Source: Bacteroidota bacterium (GTDB taxonomy: Bacteria > Bacteroidota > Bacteroidia > UKL13-3). From it: DNA of 64,000 nucleotides. Positions 38,647-48,409 of this stretch are shown here, one piece after another. Where the stretch lies: contig CANGVA010000001.1 in NCBI GenBank assembly GCA_947457395.1, positions 195,687 to 259,686 on the forward strand. The letters run 5' to 3'. The notes under the pieces are model-generated. The model searched no databases. It was not told the origin of the DNA and was given only the letters and a program-made list of their open reading frames with translations. The stretch's first letter is position 1; every line of letters begins with the position of its first letter. Position numbers and translations under genes: made by a program.

Positions 38647-39915
38647 ATGAAGATGAAAAATAAATTATTAATAAGTTTACTGGTACTTGTCACTACACGT
38701 TTATTTGCCCAGCAAATACCTGTTATAATACAAGATGGAATGTTTCATTTAGGTAATGGCCGGGTTATGGAAAATGGCTTTCTGGTAATGCTGGAAGGAA
38801 AGATTGCTTTTATTGGCAAGGAACTACCTGCCTTTTATAAAAATGCAAAAGTTATTGATGCAAAGGGTAAACACATTTACCCGGGTTTTATTTGCATGAA
38901 TACCTATGTGGGTTTAAATGAAATTGATGCCGTGCGCGCCACCAGAGATTATCAGGAGGTGGGATTGTTTAATCCCAATGCACGCGCTCTAATTGCCTAC
39001 AATACCGACTCTAAGATTATACCTACTGTAAGGTACAACGGCATTACACATGTGCAAGCTGTGCCGCAAGGTGGCGTTATAAGCGGCTCATCCAGTGTGA
39101 TGAAAACTACCGGATGGAATTGGGAAGATGCCGCTGTGCTTGCAGATGAGGGCATACACCTGAACTGGCCTGAGCACTACATACAAACCGGTTGGTGGGC
39201 AGAGCCGGGTGAGGTTCAGAAAAACAAAACCCGCGAACAGGTAGATGCCATAGCTGATTTTTTTAGAGAAAGCAAGCGTTATGCAAGTGTTCGCAATCCG
39301 GAGAAAGCAAACCTGCGATACGAAGCAATGAAAGGAGTGTTCAATGGCAACAAAAATGTATATGTTCATATTAATAGTGCCAAGGGTATTCTTTCCGCTA
39401 TTCAGTTTTTTAAATATTATCCTGAAATAAAATGGGTGTTGGTTGGTGCAAGTGATGCGTGGAAAGTTGCAGATTTAATTAAGGAAAACAATATACCGGT
39501 AGTGTTAAGTCAGTTACATAGACTTCCAAATGCCAATGCAGAGGATATTGATATGCCTTTTAAACTTCCCTATCTGCTTATGCAAAAAGGAATTCAGGTA
39601 GCAATAGGTCATAGCGGCAGTTGGGAAAGCAGGAATGTAATGTTTAATGCAGGTACTGCCGCAGCAAATGGTTTAGGTAAGGAGCAGGCACTCATGTGCA
39701 TTACATCTATACCTGCTCAAATAATGGGGCTGAAAGATGTGGGTACACTGGAGCAGGGAAAACAGGCAAGTGTTATCATTAGTGAAGGAGATGCACTGGA
39801 TATGCGAACCAATAAAATGGCGTGGATGTTTATTAACGGAGAGGAAGTAGACAATAAAAACCAGCAGGTAGAGTTATATGAAAAGTATATGAACAAGTAT
39901 GGATTAAAACCATGA
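38647..39915 (+). CDS. Amidohydrolase-family protein (about 420 aa), partner of the upstream gene and probably non-catalytic
   Basis: Signal peptide MKMKNKLLISLLVLVTTRLFAQ. The amidohydrolase lead-in KVIDAKGKHIYPGFICMNTYVGL lacks the HxH pair. Start set at the ATG at 38647, 5 nt after the upstream stop. Confidence 0.65.
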   Translation: MKMKNKLLISLLVLVTTRLFAQQIPVIIQDGMFHLGNGRVMENGFLVMLEGKIAFIGKELPAFYKNAKVIDAKGKHIYPGFICMNTYVGLNEIDAVRATRDYQEVGLFNPNARALIAYNTDSKIIPTVRYNGITHVQAVPQGGVISGSSSVMKTTGWNWEDAAVLADEGIHLNWPEHYIQTGWWAEPGEVQKNKTREQVDAIADFFRESKRYASVRNPEKANLRYEAMKGVFNGNKNVYVHINSAKGILSAIQFFKYYPEIKWVLVGASDAWKVADLIKENNIPVVLSQLHRLPNANAEDIDMPFKLPYLLMQKGIQVAIGHSGSWESRNVMFNAGTAAANGLGKEQALMCITSIPAQIMGLKDVGTLEQGKQASVIISEGDALDMRTNKMAWMFINGEEVDNKNQQVELYEKYMNKYGLKP

Positions 39916-40472
39916 GTAAGGAAGAACAAAATCCGTGGCAAACACTTCAAACAAATACGGTTTATGAGTCACCGTGGATAGCTGTGCATCATCATGATGT
40001 ATTAAATCCGGCAGGTAATCCGGGAACTTACTCTGTTGTTCATTTTAAAAAACTGGCCATTGGTATTGTTCCGCTAGATAACGAGATGAATACCTGGCTG
40101 GTTGGCCAGTATCGCTATCCGTTGAAGACATACACCTGGGAAATTCCGGAGGGTGGAGGCAACAGGGATGAAGCTCCTTTAACCTCCGCCAAGCGAGAGT
40201 TGTTGGAGGAGTGCGGGATTGAAGCAACCGAATGGCAACTTATTCAACAGCTACAATTGAGTAACTCTGCTACCGATGAATTGGCATTTTTATTTGTTGC
40301 AAGGGGATTAACCTATACACAGGCGCAACCGGAAGAAACAGAACAACTACAAATAAGAAAAGTGCCTTTTGATGAAGTTTATCAAATGGTATGTAATGGC
40401 GTAATCACAGATAGTTTGAGTGTGGCAGCCATATTAAAAGTGAGGTTGTTGTTGCAGGAAAATAAATTATAA
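39912..40472 (+). CDS. NUDIX hydrolase (ADP-ribose pyrophosphatase-like)
   Basis: Nudix box GGGNRDEAPLTSAKRELLEECGI. Its ATGA overlaps the stop of the upstream amidohydrolase gene. Confidence 0.85.
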   Translation: MSKEEQNPWQTLQTNTVYESPWIAVHHHDVLNPAGNPGTYSVVHFKKLAIGIVPLDNEMNTWLVGQYRYPLKTYTWEIPEGGGNRDEAPLTSAKRELLEECGIEATEWQLIQQLQLSNSATDELAFLFVARGLTYTQAQPEETEQLQIRKVPFDEVYQMVCNGVITDSLSVAAILKVRLLLQENKL

Positions 40473-40482
40473 GCAAAAAGTC

Positions 40483-40995
40483 TCACGATAGTTTTTTGCG
40501 CATCATATAATCTTCACAAAGTCTTTTACCCAGCTGAAAACTTCTTTCTGAAAAAATTTCAAATCCGTTTTTCTCATAAAATTTTACTGCACGACTGTTC
40601 TCCTTCCACACGCCTAAAAAAAGATAATGAAAATTCTTTTGTATGGCATGCTCAATGGCCTTATCCATTAATAGTTGCCCTGCATCCTTGCCAAAATACT
40701 GTTTTAATACATATATTTTTTCAAGTTCAATGGTCTTGCCTTCAAGCCCGCTATATGAATTATTAGCAATGAGCTTAATATAACCAACAGATACATCTCC
40801 ATCTTCACAAAGGTAATAAGCAATTTCAGGGTTTTGTAAGTTTTGTTTGATTACATCAGGATGATAAGCTTTTGAGATATAAGCTTGCATATCATCCTCT
40901 GAATTAAAAGGCCTGAAAGTATCATAAAATGTTTCGCTGCCTAATGATACCAATATTTCTGTATCATTCATACCTGCTTTTCTTATGCTAAGCAT
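40483..40995 (-). CDS. GNAT-family N-acetyltransferase
   Basis: Acetyl-CoA-binding motif A region ...LGVWKENSRAVKFYEKNGF and a 170-aa length typical of GNAT. Confidence 0.75.
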   Translation of the reverse strand: MLSIRKAGMNDTEILVSLGSETFYDTFRPFNSEDDMQAYISKAYHPDVIKQNLQNPEIAYYLCEDGDVSVGYIKLIANNSYSGLEGKTIELEKIYVLKQYFGKDAGQLLMDKAIEHAIQKNFHYLFLGVWKENSRAVKFYEKNGFEIFSERSFQLGKRLCEDYMMRKKLS

Positions 40996-41365
40996 TTCTT
41001 CTTTCTGTTAAGTAATCTCTTAGCTGCATAGCTTTTATTACATATTCCCCCATCAGTTCTAAATCAATAGTGTCATGCTCAAACATTTCCCAATGTTTAA
41101 TTTGGGTTTGCCCTGCATCAACTGATAGTATCTGTGCTTCGTCAGGTATAAGTTTGCCATTACAAAAACCCAATACCATCCGTTTTTTCTTATATGTGCC
41201 CATGTACAACATCATGCCTTTATAATCATAAAACGGACAGTTATACCTGATGGTTTCTTTAATTTCCGGAAAAGTAGAAATCAGTTGTCTTACCTCTTTA
41301 AATCTTTGTTGCATCCATTGCGGTAGTTGCGCAACATAGTCATCAACTGAATAAACCCGATTCAT
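40988..41365 (-). CDS. DUF1801 (YdhG-like) domain protein
   Basis: 125-aa ORF with the N-terminal ...YVAQLP...FKEVRQLI pattern of DUF1801. It overlaps the GNAT gene by 8 nt. Confidence 0.5.
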   Translation of the reverse strand: MNRVYSVDDYVAQLPQWMQQRFKEVRQLISTFPEIKETIRYNCPFYDYKGMMLYMGTYKKKRMVLGFCNGKLIPDEAQILSVDAGQTQIKHWEMFEHDTIDLELMGEYVIKAMQLRDYLTERRNA

Positions 41366-42052
41366 TTATTTTCTGGAAAAAATCAAATCAAGATTTCTTT
41401 TCGGCATGGCAAAATCCGGATAAATTTCTAAAGCTTTAAAATAACATTCCTTGGCTTTCTCTAAATTTTTTTGTTGCATATAAACAAAGCCAAGCATGTT
41501 CCATGCTGCAGCTTCCACAGGTACTTGTTGTTTGGTGCGTTCATCAGCAAAAACTTCCAGGATTTCTTTGCTGCCTTTGTAATTTGCCAATATATTATCA
41601 ATTGTTTTACGTGCTTCGGCAAGGTTGCCTGTTCCAACCTGTAATGAAGCAATTTGGGCTATGTATTGAACCTTACCGGTTGATTTATACAAATTAGTAA
41701 GGATGGCAAATTGTTCATCTACCTCTCCGGTTTCTTGCAGACATATTAATTTTATATTCTGGAACTTTTCATCGTTCGGATAGCGCTTTAAACTTTCTGT
41801 TACAGCGGAAAGGCATGCCTGTACATTGTTTACTGCGCCAAACAATTCCGGAAGCGAATCTCGCAAACCGTTGGTGGAGTCGCTAAGTAAAACCATTTGT
41901 ATCGCAGTAATCGCAGTTTGGTAATCTTTCATTGCCACGCTTTTTTCATATAACTTTTTATGGTCTGCAGTGGCACCTGTACCCTGATTAGATGATGGTT
42001 TACATGCAAAAAACAAGGTTAAGGCAATAATAGGAACGATTAGTTTTTTCAT
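41366..42052 (-). CDS. TPR-repeat lipoprotein
   Basis: Lipobox ...LFFACKPSS. TPR-like units (AxxxxGxxYxxxxxxxxAxxxY) throughout. Confidence 0.6.
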   Translation of the reverse strand: MKKLIVPIIALTLFFACKPSSNQGTGATADHKKLYEKSVAMKDYQTAITAIQMVLLSDSTNGLRDSLPELFGAVNNVQACLSAVTESLKRYPNDEKFQNIKLICLQETGEVDEQFAILTNLYKSTGKVQYIAQIASLQVGTGNLAEARKTIDNILANYKGSKEILEVFADERTKQQVPVEAAAWNMLGFVYMQQKNLEKAKECYFKALEIYPDFAMPKRNLDLIFSRK

Positions 42053-42055
42053 TGT

Positions 42056-43084
42056 TTATCTACTTTTAAATTGTTTTAGTTGGTTACAAATGTAAGCAAG
42101 CGTTTGGTTTATTGGTGTGAATGTGAATGGTAATGTTGATTCAATTTTGTGGCTATTGTAATAATATGCTTTCAATGAAGTTCTTGCTGTTTCGCGTGTT
42201 ATTGCAGGTTTTTTGCCCGTTGCCAGGTATTTTATATAATCTGCAGCCACGGCTAGTTTTGCAATAAAAGGGGTAACGCGTATAAACGGTTTCTTTTTTT
42301 GTAGCAAGGTTGCGGTGCTATTTAAAAAATCTTTCATTGATAAATTAGTTGCCACCAGCACATAACGTTGCCCAAATATTTTACGTTTAGTTAATTGAAT
42401 CATGGCCTTGGCAACATCATTTACATCAACATATCCATTTACACCTGTTGTGTAAAAAGGCATACCATTCCAAACCATATCAAATAGCTTGCAGGATCCT
42501 TTATGCCATTGGCCTACACCTAAAATTACTCCTGGGTTAACTATTACCACCTGCAGGCCTTCTTCCATTCCTCTCCAAGCCTCCATTTCAGCCTTGTGTT
42601 TACTAATGGCATAATTACTGTTCTCAGCAGATGTTGTCCATGCGGATTGTTCATCAATTTGCGCACCGGATTTTGCTCTACCCAATGCAGCAATAGAGCT
42701 AACATGGCACAATTCACTCACCCTGCATATAAGCGCAACATTTACCACATTGGCAGTTCCTTCTACATTTACACGCATCATGTCATTGCGGTCTTTTTTT
42801 AGAAATGATACCATAGCTGCACAGTGGTAAACCGTATCAACTCCTTCAAATGCTGTGGTTAGTGCCGGCACATCCATAATATCTGCATCCAGCCATTGTA
42901 GCCCGGAGAAGTATGCATCTTTTTGTGTTTGTGTATGGTTTTTAAAAAATGCATCAGCAATCAATTCAAACTCCTCAAGTGAAGATTGCATGCGTTTTAG
43001 TGCACGCACCTGTTTACCTGCCTGCAGTAAATGGCAAACAACATGTGCGCCTAAGAATCCGGTGGCTCCTGTTACAGCTATCAA
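42056..43084 (-). CDS. NAD-dependent epimerase/dehydratase (extended SDR family)
   Basis: N-terminal Rossmann motif MIAVTGATGFLGAHVV and a YxxxK-containing region (YAISKHKAE). Confidence 0.75.
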   Translation of the reverse strand: MIAVTGATGFLGAHVVCHLLQAGKQVRALKRMQSSLEEFELIADAFFKNHTQTQKDAYFSGLQWLDADIMDVPALTTAFEGVDTVYHCAAMVSFLKKDRNDMMRVNVEGTANVVNVALICRVSELCHVSSIAALGRAKSGAQIDEQSAWTTSAENSNYAISKHKAEMEAWRGMEEGLQVVIVNPGVILGVGQWHKGSCKLFDMVWNGMPFYTTGVNGYVDVNDVAKAMIQLTKRKIFGQRYVLVATNLSMKDFLNSTATLLQKKKPFIRVTPFIAKLAVAADYIKYLATGKKPAITRETARTSLKAYYYNSHKIESTLPFTFTPINQTLAYICNQLKQFKSR

Positions 43085-43150
43085 GGTGTGGATATGTTTA
43101 TTAAAGGGCGCTCAAAAATAGGCTATTTTGTGGTGTTCATTTCTAAATGT

Positions 43151-44317
43151 ATGCAATTAGCTGATTTTTTAACGCCTGTGCCGGAATCCGTGTTTGGCAA
43201 TATGCCCGATAGCTCACCCAAAACCATGATTAATGTGGCAGATGTGTTTGTAAAACACATGCCTGAATTGGAAGGTGTTCATCTGGCCATTGTGGGTGTG
43301 CAGGAGGATCGCATGGCCGATTCACATCAAGGTGCTGCTATGTCGCCCGATGCCATTCGTAAGTATTTTTATCACTTGGTGCAGCCCAAGTTTGAGGTTA
43401 AACTGGTTGATTTAGGCAATATTATAGCTGGCAGCACGGTAAATGATACCTTTTTTGCGTTGAGTGAAGTTGTTTCTTATTTACTAGATAAAAAAATTAT
43501 TCCCATTATTCTTGGCGGCACACAAGATCTTGCCTATGCCCAATATACAGCCTACCAAGGCAGAAGACCTAATTTGCAACTGGCTGCATGCGACTCTAGG
43601 TTTGATTTAAAACAATATGAGGCAAATCCTTTTGCATCCAATTACCTCTATAAAATCATTGCGCATCAGCCCAATTACCTTTTTAATATTGTGCATTTGG
43701 CCAACCAAAATTATTTTATTGAGCAGGAAAGTTTTGATGCATTTGAGCGCATGAATTTCGATTCTCACAGGTTAGGCAGCATTAAAGGTAAAACAGCAGT
43801 AACAGAACCTTTGCTGCGCAATGCAGACATGTTTGTATTTAGTATGAACAGCATACGTGCTTCCGATTGCCCTGCCTCCATTGAGTCAAATCCCAACGGA
43901 TTATTTGGTGAAGAAGCATGCCAGATTATGCGTTATGCAGGTATGGGCAATGAATTAACCAGTGTGGGTATATTTGATATGAATGCATTAAAAGATATGG
44001 ATGGCCGAAGTGCCAAACTAGTTTCGCAAATGATTTGGTATTTTATTGAAGGATTTTATCACCGCAGAAACGATTATCCGCTGCCAGAAAGCAACGATTA
44101 TATGATTTACCGGATGGCATTAAAAAACAACCATTACGAGATTGTGTTCTATAAGCATGTGCTAAGTGATCGCTGGTGGATGGAAGTGCCTTACCCCAAA
44201 GAGCGTTCCAATCAAAGTGGTTCATTTATGGTGCCATGCAGTTATGAAGATTTTGCAGCTGCACAGAATGATGAAATCCCCGACAGGTGGATGAAGGCAT
44301 ATCAGAAGTTGTTATAA
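43151..44317 (+). CDS. Arginase/formiminoglutamase-fold protein, apparently divergent at the metal-ligand positions
   Basis: Family layout is recognisable from IVGVQED...GAAMSPDAIRK, IILGGTQDLAY (in place of GGDHS) and ...SDCPASIESNPNG (in place of SxDxDxxDP). Start set at ATG 43151 (MQLADF) rather than 43088, which would run into the divergent epimerase gene's start region. Confidence 0.55.
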   Translation: MQLADFLTPVPESVFGNMPDSSPKTMINVADVFVKHMPELEGVHLAIVGVQEDRMADSHQGAAMSPDAIRKYFYHLVQPKFEVKLVDLGNIIAGSTVNDTFFALSEVVSYLLDKKIIPIILGGTQDLAYAQYTAYQGRRPNLQLAACDSRFDLKQYEANPFASNYLYKIIAHQPNYLFNIVHLANQNYFIEQESFDAFERMNFDSHRLGSIKGKTAVTEPLLRNADMFVFSMNSIRASDCPASIESNPNGLFGEEACQIMRYAGMGNELTSVGIFDMNALKDMDGRSAKLVSQMIWYFIEGFYHRRNDYPLPESNDYMIYRMALKNNHYEIVFYKHVLSDRWWMEVPYPKERSNQSGSFMVPCSYEDFAAAQNDEIPDRWMKAYQKLL

Positions 44318-44486
44318 AGAGAGACTGCTTCGCTTAAAGAGGAAAGAAGTGAGGGACGGAACATTGAGTTATGAAGGTTTTATTCAATCGGTCTTACTTA
44401 TTACTTCATCAATTTTATTAAAAGCAGCACACGTAAGAGATATGTTAAATATGGAACGCTGAATGTATAATCTTATAATCTTTCAG

Positions 44487-47400
44487 TTATTCGCCCTTCA
44501 CCAACTTAATAGGTAACAATTTATGATTATCAATAAGCAGGTAATACATTCCACTACTTAAGTTATTTATATCAATACTCTCATTTTCTCTTTCTATAGT
44601 TCCTTTAAGCATTTCAACGCCTTTAGTATCTACTAATTTATAACTTGCCCCAATTAATATGGCATCCACTTTAATTGTAACTTCACTGATTGCCGGATTA
44701 GGAAAAACAAGTAATTTAGTGTTTTCTGCTAATTCATTTGCGCCAACGTTTATAATAGAAATGTCTAGAACTGCGCTATCACTGCATCCTTTATCATTAG
44801 TGACCAAAACATTTAACTTGCCTGTACCTGCAGTGAGCCATTGTATGGTAACCGAATTCGTACCCTGCCCACTCACAATGATTCCGTTGATAATATTCCA
44901 CTTATAGCTTACATTTAATTGTTGGGTTATGAGATAATTATAATTTGTAAGCGGATTTAAGCCTGTTGTAGGGCCAACTATTATACCTGTTTCTGGCTTT
45001 GTATTTACCGTTAAGTTTAAGGTTGCCGAACTATCACAACCAGCCGCATTGGTCAAGCCCGTTTTGGTTTGTGTTCCTGCAGCAGTAAATGTGAGCCCAT
45101 TCCAAGAATAAGGCAAAGCACTGGGGCAAATACTGAGGTTGGTAGTTGATGAGCTATTCGATTTTACAGTTAAGTTAAGCGTTGCCGAACTATCACAACC
45201 AGCTGCATTGGTCAACCCTGTTTTGGTTTGTGTTCCTGCAGCAGTAAAAGTAAGTCCGTTCCAAGAATAAGGTAAAGCACTAGGGCAAATACTGAGGTTG
45301 GTAGTTGATGAGCTATTCGATTTTACAGACAAATTAAGTGTAGCTGAACTATCACAACCAGCTACATTGGTCAACCCTGTTTTGGTTTGTGTTCCAGCCG
45401 CTGTAAATGTAAGCCCGTTCCAAGAATAAGGCAAAGCACTGGGGCAAATACTGAGGTTGGTAGTTGATGAGCTATTCGATTTTACAGATAAATTAAGTGT
45501 AGCCGAACTATCACAACCAGCAGCATTGGTCAACCCTGTTTTGGTTTGTGTTCCTGCAGCAGTAAAAGTAAGTCCGTTCCAAGAATAAGGTAAAGCACTA
45601 GGGCAAATACTGAGGTTGGTTGTTGATGAGCTATTCGATTTTACAGACAAATTAAGTGTAGCCGAACTATCACAACCAGCTACATTGGTCAACCCTGTTT
45701 TGGTTTGTGTTCCAGCCGCTGTAAATGTAAGCCCGTTCCAAGAATAAGGTAAAGCACTAGGGCAAATACTGAGGTTGGTTGTTGATGAGCTATTCGATTT
45801 TACAGATAAATTAAGTGTTGCCGAACTATCACAACCAGCTACATTGGTCAACCCTGTTTTGGTTTGTGTTCCAGCCGCTGTAAATGTAAGCCCGTTCCAA
45901 GAATAAGGTAAAGCACTAGGGCAAATACTGAGGTTGGTAGTTGATGAGCTATTCGATTTTACAGATAAATTAAGTGTAGCCGAACTATCACAACCAGCAG
46001 CATTGGTCAACCCTGTTTTGGTTTGTGTGCCTGCAGCGGTAAAAGTAAGTCCGTTCCAAGAATAAGGTAAAGCGCTAGGGCAAATACTGAGGTTGGTAGT
46101 TGATGAGCTATTTGATTTTACAGACAAATTGAGTGTAGCTGAACTATCACAACCAGTTGCATTGGTCAACCCTGTTTTGGTTTGTGTTCCTGCAGCAGTA
46201 AATGTAAGCCCATTCCAAGAATAAGGCAAGGCACTAGGGCAAATACTGAGGTTATTATTTGATGAGGTTGGTAATTTGACTAGTCCGTTTAACAGAATAT
46301 TTTGAGTGGCAGCCCAAGTAGTTGTGCAACTGATATTTCCTGTAGGTGTTCCGGAAGCCGCGCTGCTCATACGAACATAAATAGTGGTTATTCCTACCGA
46401 ATCAGCCGTACGATTAAGTATTATGCTTGATGTATAACCTGAAGATTGGCTGGTCGAAATCTCAAAACCCGAAGGTGCAGTTATGGTTATATTTGCTACC
46501 AAATTTATTCCACGAATGCTAAAACTTTGAGATGTTGAAGTGTTACCTGTGCATGCTGAAAAATTGGTTATACTTCCTGTACGAATTATCTCTGGTATCC
46601 TAGGATTATTGCGGTATACTGAAAGAGTATTGTTGGAAGTAAAGTATGAATTGGCAGTGGCCAGGTCGGGTGTACCATCAGCATTTAAATCACCAATAGC
46701 CAAAGAAAGTGGTTGAAGTCCTAATGGTGGCTGAGGGCCGTCAATAGTAGTTGCCGCACTCATACTCAATACACCACCAGAACCGTTATTACGCAATAGA
46801 GATAGATTACCGCTGGTCCCGTTAGCTACTGCTAAATCCAGCTTCCCGTCTCCATTTAAATCAGCTATGGCAACGGATGCAGGACTTGTTCCTGCTGCGT
46901 ACGACACCGGTGTTGCAAAACTAACTGCTGAAGTGGTACTGGTATTGCGCAGTACGAACACATTCGTGGTATTATTAGCCACTGCAACATCATGTTTCCC
47001 ATCTCCATTTAAATCACCAATAGCTAATGCATATGGATTGGCGCTAACTGTAAAATCGGTTTTTGTTGCGAAGCTTATCGAAGTTATAGTTGTATTTCGT
47101 AAAACTGAAACTACTCCAAAACCATCTGAAACAGCAACAATTTCAGGTTTCCCGTCTCCGGTAATATCACCAATACCCACGAACCGTGGTCCAGTAGATA
47201 CCTCAAAGTATACATCGCTTGCAAAACTAACTATACCGGGTGTACTCTGATTGCGGAAAACGGCAACATTAGTGAGGCCCATTCCACCCACTACAACAAC
47301 TTCAGGTTTTCCGTCTCCGTTAAGATCCCCTGAGGCTATTGATGTTGCTGTACCATTTAAGTTACTTATATTAAATTGTGAGGCCGTGGCAAAACTAATA

Positions 47401-48155
47401 TTGCCTAGTGAGCTAGTATTCCTGAGAACGGATATTTTCGCTTGATTTGCATTCAGTGAAATGATATCTGGTTTACCATCTCCGTCTATATCTGCGACCG
47501 TCAATGAAAAATTATTTCCTGCAGTAGTAAAATTCAATTTGGGTGCAAAATTAATATTCCCGCTACTGCTGGTATTGCGAAATACAGAAACTGTGTCAAT
47601 AAAATTGGGATTGCTAAGCGAGATATTGGCAGTTGTTAAATCTGGCTTCCCATCACCATCAAAATCACTAACAGCTATTACTTTCGGCTGTCCTCCTGCT
47701 GAGTAATCAATCCTCGGAGAGATATCTGTTGCAGCTATACTGTCTTTATTCGGACTAAATGTCGGAACGAAAAAAGCAGTACTATAAGCCGTTAAGGATG
47801 TTGCTGTATTCAAAACAGTAATTGGCGCATGTGTGGCGCCCGCAGGCACGGTAACGTTTATTGAAGTAGCACTTGCAGAAGTAACTGTTCCTCGCGTTGC
47901 TCCAAAAAAGACAATATTATTTGCAGCTGTGGTATTAAAGCCACTGCCTGTTATTGTTACTGAAGAACCAATTGTTCCGCTTGTTGGCGAGAAGCTAGTT
48001 ATAGACTGTGAGAATGACTCGTTAGCTATAAAAATAAGATTGGTAAAGATCAATATTTGTATAATTACCAACCTGCTAATTAAACTATAGTGGTGTACTT
48101 TATTGATTTGTTTCGTAATCAATAGCAGTTTCTTAGAATTTAATTGTGAGTTCAT
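44487..48155 (-). CDS. Large FG-GAP/VCBS-repeat surface protein with an internal array of eight 53-aa tandem repeats and a T9SS type-A CTD
   Basis: Seven DxxGDGKPD-type FG-GAP calcium-binding loops. Eight near-identical NLSICPSALPYSWNGLTFTAAGTQTKTGLTNAAGCDSSATLNLSVKSNSSSTT units. C-terminal LLVFPNPAISEVTI...GMYYLLI CTD. Confidence 0.85.
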   Translation of the reverse strand: MNSQLNSKKLLLITKQINKVHHYSLISRLVIIQILIFTNLIFIANESFSQSITSFSPTSGTIGSSVTITGSGFNTTAANNIVFFGATRGTVTSASATSINVTVPAGATHAPITVLNTATSLTAYSTAFFVPTFSPNKDSIAATDISPRIDYSAGGQPKVIAVSDFDGDGKPDLTTANISLSNPNFIDTVSVFRNTSSSGNINFAPKLNFTTAGNNFSLTVADIDGDGKPDIISLNANQAKISVLRNTSSLGNISFATASQFNISNLNGTATSIASGDLNGDGKPEVVVVGGMGLTNVAVFRNQSTPGIVSFASDVYFEVSTGPRFVGIGDITGDGKPEIVAVSDGFGVVSVLRNTTITSISFATKTDFTVSANPYALAIGDLNGDGKHDVAVANNTTNVFVLRNTSTTSAVSFATPVSYAAGTSPASVAIADLNGDGKLDLAVANGTSGNLSLLRNNGSGGVLSMSAATTIDGPQPPLGLQPLSLAIGDLNADGTPDLATANSYFTSNNTLSVYRNNPRIPEIIRTGSITNFSACTGNTSTSQSFSIRGINLVANITITAPSGFEISTSQSSGYTSSIILNRTADSVGITTIYVRMSSAASGTPTGNISCTTTWAATQNILLNGLVKLPTSSNNNLSICPSALPYSWNGLTFTAAGTQTKTGLTNATGCDSSATLNLSVKSNSSSTTNLSICPSALPYSWNGLTFTAAGTQTKTGLTNAAGCDSSATLNLSVKSNSSSTTNLSICPSALPYSWNGLTFTAAGTQTKTGLTNVAGCDSSATLNLSVKSNSSSTTNLSICPSALPYSWNGLTFTAAGTQTKTGLTNVAGCDSSATLNLSVKSNSSSTTNLSICPSALPYSWNGLTFTAAGTQTKTGLTNAAGCDSSATLNLSVKSNSSSTTNLSICPSALPYSWNGLTFTAAGTQTKTGLTNVAGCDSSATLNLSVKSNSSSTTNLSICPSALPYSWNGLTFTAAGTQTKTGLTNAAGCDSSATLNLTVKSNSSSTTNLSICPSALPYSWNGLTFTAAGTQTKTGLTNAAGCDSSATLNLTVNTKPETGIIVGPTTGLNPLTNYNYLITQQLNVSYKWNIINGIIVSGQGTNSVTIQWLTAGTGKLNVLVTNDKGCSDSAVLDISIINVGANELAENTKLLVFPNPAISEVTIKVDAILIGASYKLVDTKGVEMLKGTIERENESIDINNLSSGMYYLLIDNHKLLPIKLVKGE
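45000..46255 (-). repeat. Coding tandem-repeat array: about 7.9 copies of a 159-bp unit, more than 95% identical, inside the FG-GAP adhesin gene
   Basis: Units start (plus coordinates) at about 45022, 45181, 45340, 45499, 45658, 45817, 45976 and 46135. Two alternating sequence subtypes differ mainly at synonymous sites. All seen directly in the sequence. Confidence 0.9.
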
Positions 48156-48409
48156 TATTTATTATTTTTAAGATTAGTATCTGTTTTAATGAAATTCAGA
48201 TTAAACTGGTGTCGCAAACAAGTTCTAAATAATAATTATCCTATTATTAATTGGAAATACTCATTGTTAATTAAAGCGTCTTTTAAAATTACTTTTAAGT
48301 GTTTTTATTTTGCTATTCATTTAATTATTAGCAATATAAAGTTATCATAAATGATAACCAAATTTTTATTCAATAGGCCAACATTTGCTGATGTTAATCA
48401 AGAGCAAGT

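Noticed and set aside
45000-46255. Possibility that the 159-bp tandem array is a CRISPR array or satellite
   Set aside because: The repeats are contiguous with no unique spacers. They lie in frame within a long ORF and encode a conserved 53-aa module. No cas genes are present.
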